Made by a program: the position numbers and the translations under genes
NCBI RefSeq assembly: GCF_006345805.1
Contig: NC_043003.1
Coordinates: 91,946,001-92,010,000, forward strand
Direction: 5' to 3'
Source of the DNA: Octopus sinensis
Lineage: Eukaryota
DNA length: 64,000 nucleotides
Shown: in pieces, positions 55,414 to 64,000 of the stretch
Layout: the number at the start of each line of letters is the position of its first letter
Position numbering within the stretch: position 1 is the first letter of the stretch
The notes under the pieces: generated by a model
The model's input: only the letters and a program-made list of their open reading frames with translations
What the model was told of the DNA's origin: nothing
Database searches by the model: none

Positions 55414-55451
55414 CTGTCTGATGAACGGCAACGAGAAACTCAGAGTAACAG
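55414..55451 (+). ncRNA. Type I hammerhead ribozyme motif, intact core
   Basis: CTGT CTGATGA ACGGCAACGA GAAAC TCAGA GTA ACAG; stem I CTGT/ACAG, GUA triplet. Confidence 0.72.
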
Positions 55452-55563
55452 ATTTTGTTGAATTTTCTGCTGCTTAAAATAAAGCATATTACTCTACCAC
55501 TGGTATTTGAGTACTCTTTTTTCCACCTTGTTTCACATTTATGTGTTTACTCCGGTATATATA

Positions 55564-55606
<43 letters not shown>

Positions 55607-55687
55607 ATATATAAAGTGTTTATATTTATATGTATATGTGTGTGTGTATATATATAATGTGTATACATAAGTATATATATAATTATG

Positions 55688-55746
<59 letters not shown>

Positions 55747-55748
55747 GT

Positions 55749-56055
55749 GGAGGCGCAATGGCCCAGTGGTTCAGGCAGTGGACTCGCGGTCGGAGGATCG
55801 TGGTTTCGATTCCCAGACCGGGCGTTGTCAGTGTTTATTGAGCGAAAACACCTAAAGCTCCACGAGGCTCCGGCAGGGGATGGTGGCGAACCCTGCTGTA
55901 CTCTTTCGCCACAACTTTCTCTCACTCTTTCTTCTGTTGGCATGCTCGCTTAGCCAGCGGGGTGGCGTCATTTGAAGGCTAAGACAATTCGAAGCGCATT
56001 GTGACCAGCGATGTGTAACAACATCTGATAGCCTGGTCGGTCACGGTGATCATGG
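55749..56055 (+). mobile_element. tRNA-derived SINE family C
   Basis: GGAGGCGCAATGGCCCAGTGG (A-box-like) ... GGTTTCGATTCCC (B-box-like) head, non-tRNA body. Confidence 0.8.
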
Positions 56056-56074
56056 TGATATATATCATCATCAT

Positions 56075-56232
56075 CATCATCATCATCATTTAGCGTCCGT
56101 TTTCCATGCTAGCATGGGTTGGACGGTTCTACTGGGGTCTGTGAAGCCAGAAGGCTTCATCAGGCCCAGTCAAATCTGGCAGTGTTTCTACGGCTGGATG
56201 CCCTTCCTAACGCCAACCACTCCGTGAGTGTA
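56075..56232 (-). mobile_element. RTE-like 3' tail fragment
   Basis: Same motif as 11910-12330, with (CAT)n end. Confidence 0.7.
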
Positions 56233-56499
56233 TATATATATATTTATATATATATATGTATGTATATACTGACAGCTAAGCCTGGTTTCAACCAGTCGGT
56301 TTGGATGATGTGTAAGCATTCAACTTGTTTGGTCACGCTTACGTTAAAAAACAATTTTAGAATGACTTTTTTCTGTTAAAACGCTAAAAATAATTGACCA
56401 ATAAAGAAAAAAAACCAACCAAGATTCACGCGCGCACACACACATACACATTCACATACCCCGCTTTTAATACCGAGCAAGGCCAGGTATCTCTGCTAT

Positions 56500-57539
56500 T
56501 CTAATATATATTTGTGAAAAAGGCGAACGTTGTCTCACATGCAGTCGTACAGGCAAAAGTGCTAGTAAATGTGGTCGGATTGACCTGAAAATTTGCACAC
56601 CTAATGAATTTCTCAATAGCAAACTATCTCTCGGACTTCCACCTCATGACCTTAGACTGAAGGTTGGTGTTCCAGTTATGCTACTGAGAAACATGGAACC
56701 ATCAGAACTATGCAACGGTATGCATCTGATCGTCAAAAATATTGGAACCTTAATTCCGACGACAACCATTCTGAACAGACTGCCTGCTGGCGTGACAATG
56801 TTATTAACTCCCATGAGCCTTAGTCCCTCTGCTGTACCATTTGAATATATGCGACGACATTTTCCCGTAAAAGTATGCTTTGCAATGAGCACCAACAAGG
56901 CACAGGGACAGTTATTACAAGTAGTTGGCTTGAATCTGACACAGCAGGTATTTACTCACAGTCAACTATACATCGGTTGCTCCCGTGTCGGCAGTCTACA
57001 CAATCTCTTCATTTGTGGTAATCCGGGCAACACCCGGACCGTTGTCTACAAAGGACCTACCGCCATTACTCTCCCGTCGCTGGAGTCATTGTAACTTTCT
57101 CAAAATTCTTCATGCCAATCAAACTCCCAACCATGGGTTCACGTCGCGGCACAGATTCTGCAAAATTAGGTTGGGTGTGACTACATATTGTATCCAAAAC
57201 ATTGTACGTGCAGTCATATTATACTATATCAGTTTTGCGCAGAGACCTAATTGGTGTTTTGTTTTTTTTTCCCAGCATTTTTCCTTCATTCTTTGCCCTT
57301 CACATCTGCATCCGCGAGGTTTATCCAGTCGCTTCTCAAAGACTGTTTAAACATTTAGCTTGCTTTTTTTCATTACCAATTTTTAATAAAATTTTCTGAT
57401 TTTTAAAAAAATTCTTTATCTTTAAAATGTGGCTCGAGTAGACCTGAATGAAAACGGATTATAATACCGAAACAAGTAAAAAAAAAACAAAAAAAACTAT
57501 GTTATGTTAATCCTGTGCAAGGGCGGGTTTCTCTGCTAG
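56500..57539 (+). mobile_element. Helitron element D with decayed helicase C-terminus
   Basis: LPPHDLRLKVGVPVMLLRNM...CNG, FAMSTNKAQGQ and FTHSQLYIGCSRV; ends GGGCGGGTTTCTCTGCTAG-T. Confidence 0.88.
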
Positions 57540-57698
57540 TTATATATATATATATATATATAATACAAAATGGGACAAGAACGCAAAACATCCAGTCAGT
57601 TAGGTGATACAAAAAAGGGACAACAAAACATCTAGACAGACGATACAAAGAAAACAAGGACGGGTCATTCAGTTTTCTATCCTCAGTCGAGTTCCAGA

Positions 57699-57788
<90 letters not shown>

Positions 57789-57806
57789 CATATATATGTA
57801 TATATA

Positions 57807-57851
<45 letters not shown>

Positions 57852-57916
57852 CATATATATATAATATATAAATATATGCATATATACATACATATATGTA
57901 CATACCTACATATATA

Positions 57917-59847
57917 GGTTAATATAGGGCGTAACAAATATCAGAAAATCAAAACAAAAATGTGTGTAATAGGTGTAAAACAACTTCCTATGAACGAATA
58001 TGAAAAAAAAATTCGCGCACGCGAAAGGGGGGTGGGGGAGAGGCCTCGGAAAATTCACATCGGGAAGTTCCGAAAGCGTCTGAGGAGCTGACCCGTGCAC
58101 CAAAACAAAAAAAAATAGTGTAATATGTGTAAAACAACTTGCTCTAAACGAATATGACAAAAAAAATGCGCTCTCGCGAAAGAGGGGTGGGGGAGAGGCC
58201 TCGGAATATTTACATCGGGAATTTCCGAAAGCGTCTGAACCGGGCACAAAAACAAAAACAAAAACAGCGTAATAGGTGTAAAACAACTTGCTCTAAACGA
58301 CTATCATGAAAAAAATGCGCGCTCGCGAAAGGGGGGTGGGGGAGAGGCTTCGGAAATTTCACATCTTCAGCCCACGGCCTTTAAACTAAGAAAAAATAGT
58401 GTAATTGGTGTAAAACTACTTGTTCTAAACGAGTATCAAGAACACACACTCACACATGAATCATAAACTCCGTATTTCGCAAAAAAAAAAAAAAATAAAG
58501 AGAAGAAATTCTGGAAAAAGTGAAGAAATGTTGGATCTCATTCCTTGGTTAAAGCTATTTTAAACATTAAATTTATGCTTTTCTTTGAAATAGTTCAGAT
58601 ATATGCAATTCTTTTCACTTATTAAGATGCATTTATCAGAAAAAAGAGACAGAAAAAATTATTATTTTGTGTCAATCCTTCCCTAATTATCCTTTATTAA
58701 TTAGTTTTGGCGTGTATTTTTTTCCCAAATTTATTTTTTCACCTTTACAACACTGTTTAGTAAAGCAATTAATTATCTTTATAATTTGCATATTTGACTT
58801 ATTAATCAAAATTCTCTAGATGTAATATATACTAAGTAATGCATCCTTCATTTATGTGTTCCGTTCTGTATTATGCATGCGTGACTGTTTGTATGTAAGT
58901 GTGTTTAACTGTGCACATGAATGTGAATATTAAAGAACATATTTATTTACTATGATTGTTATTTTCAGAACAAATAAATCTTTTGGCTGTTATGTTATTG
59001 ATGTTATTATTATTGCTAGTTAAAGGGTGGTGACTTGGCTGAATATTTTGAGTCTTGTAGTATGTAGTTGTGTTAGTCAATATTCTGAGTTCAAATCCAA
59101 CTCATTTCTTTATCATCATTGTCGATGGACCACTCAAAGAGGTATGTATACATTATCATTTTCGTAACATAATTTCTGTAGTATTTCAAGATGTTTCTGA
59201 CACGTATTTTGATTCACATGGCGGAGATCCAACATTTCTTCACTTTTTCCAGAATTTCTTCTCTTTATTTTTTTTTTTTTTGCGAAATACGGAGTTTATG
59301 ATTCATGTGTGAGTGTGTGTTCTTGATACTCGTTTAGAACAAGTAGTTTTACACCAATTACACTATTTTTTCTTAGTTTAAAGGCCGTGGACTGAAGATG
59401 TGAAATTTCCGAAGCCTCTCCCCCACCCCCCTTTCGCGAGCGCGCATTTTTTTCATGATAGTTGTTTAGAGCAAGTTGTTTTACACCTATTACGCTGTTT
59501 TTATTTTTGTTTTTGTGCCCGGTTCAGACGCTTTCGGAAATTCCCGATATAAATATTCCGAGGCCTCTCCCCCACCCCTCTTTCGCGAGAGCGCATTTTT
59601 TTTTGTCATATTCGTTTAGAGCAAGTTGTTTTACACATATTACACTATTTTTTTTTGTTTTGGTGCCCGGGTCAGCTCCTCAGACGCTTTCGGAACTTCC
59701 CGATGTGAATTTTCCGAGGCCTCTCCCCCACCCCCCTTTCGCGTGCGCGAATTTTTTTTTTCATATTCGTTCATAGGAAGTTGTTTTACACCTATTACAC
59801 ACATTTTTGTTTTGATTTTCTGATATTTGTTACGCCCTATATTAACC
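57917..59847. mobile_element. Foldback-type element: ~620-bp inverted arms built from ~150-bp subrepeats, 684-bp spacer
   Basis: 57917-58539 is the near-exact reverse complement of 59224-59847; subrepeats start at about 57967, 58121, 58270 and 58402. Confidence 0.9.
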
Positions 59848-60006
59848 CATATATATGTATATATACATGCATATATGGGCACAGGACATCGAAAAAACGT
59901 TGAACACAATGAGAAACGAAATCATTAAAACAAAAACATGGAAAACTAACTATATTTTGAACAACGAAAAAAACAAGCAGAGAAACGAGACATGCAACAT
60001 AAAGAA

Positions 60007-60088
60007 TGTTCCCCTTCATCAGTTGTCCCTGTTTCATCCACTCTGCATGTCCGAAAGGCAAGGACAATGCGCGATTTCGTTGAAACAG
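60007..60088 (-). ncRNA. Hammerhead-like motif in type II order (GAAA before CUGAUGA), degenerate
   Basis: Minus strand: GAAA TCGCGC A TTGTCCTTG ...27 nt... CAGGGACAA CTGATGA; 9-bp stem I correctly placed. Confidence 0.4.
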
Positions 60089-60314
60089 TCCTTCCCGCAA
60101 AGCAAATTAAATAAAATTTGAGATTTTTTGCGGAGGGTGAAAGTGATAACAAGAACAGGACAGTGAGAACAAGACAGTAAAAGCAAACGGTGAGGGCTTG
60201 AAGAATTTGTAGTCGAATGAATCACCACTTGTACCTAGTCTCTCTGGTCGTTTTGCCGAACTACTAAATTATGGCGACGTAAATACACTAACACCAGTTG
60301 TCAAGCGGTGGTGG

Positions 60315-60349
<35 letters not shown>

Positions 60350-60440
60350 GAGACAAGAACCAACAAGTGGCACATAAGTTAGCGAAATTACAACTTGTTT
60401 ATTATAAGTTGTTAAATTGGAGACTGTCAGAATAATGTGG

Positions 60441-60518
60441 AACACAATTTAACAACTTATAATCGATTTTTGAACCTTAATAGGTTAAAAAATCGATTAT
60501 AAGTTGTTAGATTGTGTT
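60441..60518. repeat. ~37-bp imperfect inverted repeat
   Basis: AACACAATTTAACAACTTATAATCGATTTTT...AAAAAATCGATTATAAGTTGTTAGATTGTGTT. Confidence 0.85.
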
Positions 60519-61237
60519 GCTATTGGTCATCCGTATTATTATTATTGTTATTGTTAACTTCCCTGTTAACGAAGGGAAACAAATCTCCCGTTGCTAAATC
60601 GATTAATCATCTCTATATTATTTAGCATCATATTTTTACTTTTATATAGGGCAATTTAAATGAACCACTTAGTTTCATTTTTTGTAAGCAAACAGAACGA
60701 AATCTGGATTTTAAAAAATTCTTTACACATAAAATTGTTAAACATTTTCTTTAAAATGTTTGGAATTCCATGTTTCCTTCTGCTTAAGTGGAAGGCGCTT
60801 ATTATAATTACGGATCATGTTATTGATGATTATTGTCAGTGAAATTAGTGAGTCCCGAAATATTTGTCTAATGTTACCAGCCGGTTATTGTGAGGACGTA
60901 CGATCATCATAAACAAATTCCATTGAATATAATGAATATTTTTTAAATATTTGCTTAATAACAATTGGACATCGCTTGAACTTCACCGCTTATGTTTGTT
61001 TTCAAGTTACCTGTACGGGCAAATCACAATTATATATTTTATTTATTACAGATCGAAACGAAATGGTAAAATTTTCCACTTGTCGTATTTTCTACGATGC
61101 TATTTCTCGTAATTTTATGATATCACACCTTCTGAAACACTTGTAACTTACTAAAAAAAAAAAAAAAAAAAAAAAATTAAAAATTCCATGTTATTCAAAT
61201 TCTACTCCCGTCCTCTTATTTTCCAAGTAATTTCCAA

Positions 61238-61653
61238 GATCTTTTCGGTTTGAATGGCAGTTTTTAACATAATTTCTAGGTAACTAAAAAATTTTTAACT
61301 TCGTATACTGGTAGAATGTGTTTATAAAACATCTTTTTCTCTTGGCCTTATTGAGAAAATTCTATTGTTTGTAAGATGTTTGTTGTTGTTTTCCTTCAAT
61401 TTCTGCAATTTCAACCAATCAATAACGTCCATTGAGGTAAAAAAAACAAAACATTCTGTGCCATATGAATATGTCCCTCGTTTAAGAAACAGATTGGGTT
61501 TATTTACATTTCTGAAGAAAAAAAAGATACCCTTCCCCCACCTCTAACCCTAAAACAGATTGAAATGCAATAGATCGATACTAGGGTCATAATTATGGGT
61601 GACAATTTCATATGACACCGCTAGAAAAAACTGCCGTTCAAACCGAAAAGATC
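61238..61653. mobile_element. MITE with 29-bp TIRs and an apparent 3-bp TSD (CAA)
   Basis: GATCTTTTCGGTTTGAA(T/C)GGCAGTTTTTT at both ends; CAA on both flanks. Confidence 0.8.
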
Positions 61654-62336
61654 CAAGAAATCATCTGAGACAATGATGATTTCTTCAAAATTCCATTTTT
61701 TAAAACCATTCCTTCTTGACCCCCAACAACAACCTTTTCCGTTTATTTGTTTCTTCCGTTATGTGTGTGTGTTTTTCTTATTACTTTTGTCATTCTGTAG
61801 AAACTTTTTTCCATACCGCCCCGCTACTTCCTACCAAAACAACACAAAACTAAATAAAACGAGCAATTCTATCTTATTCCAAAAGTCCGCTTTTTCTACA
61901 TATCATTCGGGTTTACGACGCGAAAAAATAGAAGAAAAAAAAAAAGCTTCTTCTAAGCAAACAACTCAAGACTTGTTTTTCAAAAAGAAATTTACAAGTC
62001 TACGAGTGCTTGTGAATCAGCTATCGCGTCTACAAGTGTTGGTGTGCACAAGTCTAGTGCGAGTGAAAGTGATTCAGAGAACGATTATAATAACGATAAT
62101 TTTTATTATAAATGACCTTGCCATTCTTTTCACTTCACGCAAAATATTCTTTACATTCTACTGTTGTTTTATTGCCATTTATTTCCGAGTATTATAAATT
62201 TTATAGGTAAAATATTTTTCTGGGTACGAATTATGGTTTATAACATTGGTACTATGGGTAATCATTGCTTTGCTTTACGAGTTTTCTTTACGAGTGGTCT
62301 CCGGGAACAAATCAACTCATATATCGAGACATTACT

Positions 62337-62538
62337 GTACACACGCACGCACGCACTCACGTCACGCACGCACTCACGCCACGCACGCACTCACGTCACG
62401 CACGCACTCACGCCACGAACGCACTCACGCCACGCACGCACTCACGCCACGCACGCACTCACGCCACGCCGCACTCACCCACGCCACGCACTCCGCACTC
62501 ACCTCACTCACGCCACGCACGTACTCACGCCACGCACA
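62337..62538. repeat. ~17-bp minisatellite (GCACGCACTCACGCCAC)n
   Basis: Direct reading. Confidence 0.9.
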
Positions 62539-62604
62539 CATTATATAAATAATGATTATTACATATTCTTTTATTGTATTAATATTAATTTACATTGTTT
62601 CCCG

Positions 62605-62636
<32 letters not shown>

Positions 62637-62639
<3 letters not shown>

Positions 62640-63245
62640 GGGTGCGGACGGTATTTGAGGATAGATTTATGGTTTAACATTTATGTAATAACAGAAAAAA
62701 AACTGTATTTTTATAAAAATAACATAGACATTAAGCGAAATTATCTATTTAACAATTTCATTCAATAAAACCACCACAAGCATCAGTAACTGCCTCTACG
62801 TGGGGTCGAAATAGTTTACAAGCTCAGATTAAATGATCCTTGTTCATATCGGACATGATTCGAACTACGACATTTTTCTCAACGATGTACCATACATAGT
62901 AGTCCAGTGGATTGAGATCTGGAGAATTAGGAGGTCAAATATTGGGGGTGATGTTATCATGCAAATTGTCAGCCATCCATTCTTGTGTCATTTGAGCCTT
63001 GTGTGATGCTGCAAAATCTTGTTGAAAGGCATAAGGCCTTCCATTGCATGCACTGTTGATCACAACTTTATCCAGAAACTCAACATACGCAGCAGTATCC
63101 ACCCTAAGGCCTTGTGGGAAAAAGTGAGGAAGCATCAAATGTGCTTCATTGCTAACAACATCCAAAAGCATGACACTTGCAGGAAATTTTATGTGCATTA
63201 CTCTTGGGACCCCAGAAGGGTCTGTACATACCATCTGTCATTTCT
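62637..63245 (-). mobile_element. Tc1/mariner DD37D (maT-type) transposase 3' fragment
   Basis: FQQDFAASH ... I*PPNSPDLNPLDYYVW with 37 residues between the 2nd and 3rd Asp; ends ...GGFIE* at 62758. Confidence 0.85.
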
Positions 63246-63384
63246 TCTATTAGTTTTCTGGTCCTGGACAAAGTTTTTCTCATCTGAAAAAAATCAAATC
63301 CCACCATCTAATGGATTTTTAAGTTTGTTCAAAACTTTTCTGGATCTGATTAAACGATTTTTTCCTTCTTTGTTCTTTTCTTTT

Positions 63385-63416
63385 TCTTTCTTTCTTTTTT
63401 TTTTTCTTTCTTTCAT

Positions 63417-63448
<32 letters not shown>

Positions 63449-63468
63449 TTCTTTCCTTTCTTTCTTCT

Positions 63469-63528
<60 letters not shown>

Positions 63529-63530
63529 TT
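63385..63530. repeat. (CTTT)n microsatellite
   Basis: Direct reading. Confidence 0.95.
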
Positions 63531-64000
63531 TTGTTTTACATGAATTGACCTCTTCTCATCACATAAGATTTGTATCTGATATCTTTATGCACAATATTTC
63601 TGACTGTTTTTTTCTGACACACGAAATTTTTTTGCCATTGACCTCATTGATTTTCCTGGATTGTCTTCCAGAAAAATAGATATTCTGAATGAATTTTTTA
63701 TAAATACGCTTCACACGGTGTAGAACTCGATTATATCGGAATTTGATAAGAAAAGAAAAATAGTGAATATGCACACATACATACTGGCACATCACAATTT
63801 CGACATTGCAAATTTCATTTTGTGGATATATATGGATATATAAATTTTGTGGTTTTATTTCGATATTATATTAAAGTATAATCGCAACCTACACACTCTG
63901 AAAGGCATTTGTACAAAATTTCATTAAAAAATACTAATTTTCTGAAAGCCATAAGGAAGCAAAGCCGAGTCGTGTGAATTTTCCGAAACTCCTCTCCTCA

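Larger units (their letters stand above)
52339..55484. mobile_element. 3.1-kb palindrome of two head-to-head 3' fragments of a second Penelope-like family (GIY-YIG + 3' UTR)
   Basis: Arms 52339-53904 and 53950-55484; both encode CPLEGKCLV...YTGASEN.FKTRFYSHK...CKLCLLEK...LCRH; KCNCKNESSC lies in the 45-nt centre. Confidence 0.92.
51794..56499 (+). mobile_element. Helitron-like element C, apparently split by nested insertions
   Basis: TC start directly after the end of B; Helitron-type 3' end ACCGAGCAAGGCCAGGTATCTCTGCTAT at 56472-56499; joining these two ends into one element is inferred. Confidence 0.5.

Noticed and set aside
55749-55825. tRNA gene
   Set aside because: A/B-box-like head runs into a SINE body; no complete cloverleaf evident.
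57967-58440. CRISPR-like array
   Set aside because: Eukaryotic context; the units are long diverged tandem repeats without unique spacers.
61900-62110. Possible transposase or exon fragment (KQTTQDLFF..., SESDSEND)
   Set aside because: No diagnostic motif or splice context; too weak to call.

Overview
AT-rich, microsatellite-dense animal DNA, most likely from an octopus or other coleoid cephalopod (inferred from composition and repeat families). The + strand from about 8.7 to 33.9 kb carries the last five constitutive coding exons of vinculin: the proline-rich hinge and the whole tail domain, ending ...[11 protein letters not shown]. The head exons lie upstream of the window. The 12-kb final intron holds three short frame-preserving candidate cassette exons (39, 6 and 12 nt) that would all insert into the same tail loop (MLGAQ|GSQED), next to the F-actin-binding helix. 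These are the most interesting gene-level signal. Introns also contain SINEs, hairpin MITEs and a full-length dead DD34D mariner. A near-identical ~950-bp tandem duplication lies 3' of the gene. From about 43.4 to 63.3 kb is a young-looking, CpG-rich nest of mobile elements: a decayed Penelope-like element (RT + GIY-YIG), Helitron helicase fragments with chained Helitron termini (one element carrying TTAGGG repeats), a 3.1-kb palindrome of Penelope-like 3' ends, five hammerhead-ribozyme-like motifs, a foldback element with ~620-bp internally repetitive arms, and a DD37D (maT) transposase fragment. Most ORFs in the supplied track are microsatellite or low-complexity artefacts. All coordinates were read by eye; repeat boundaries are approximate.
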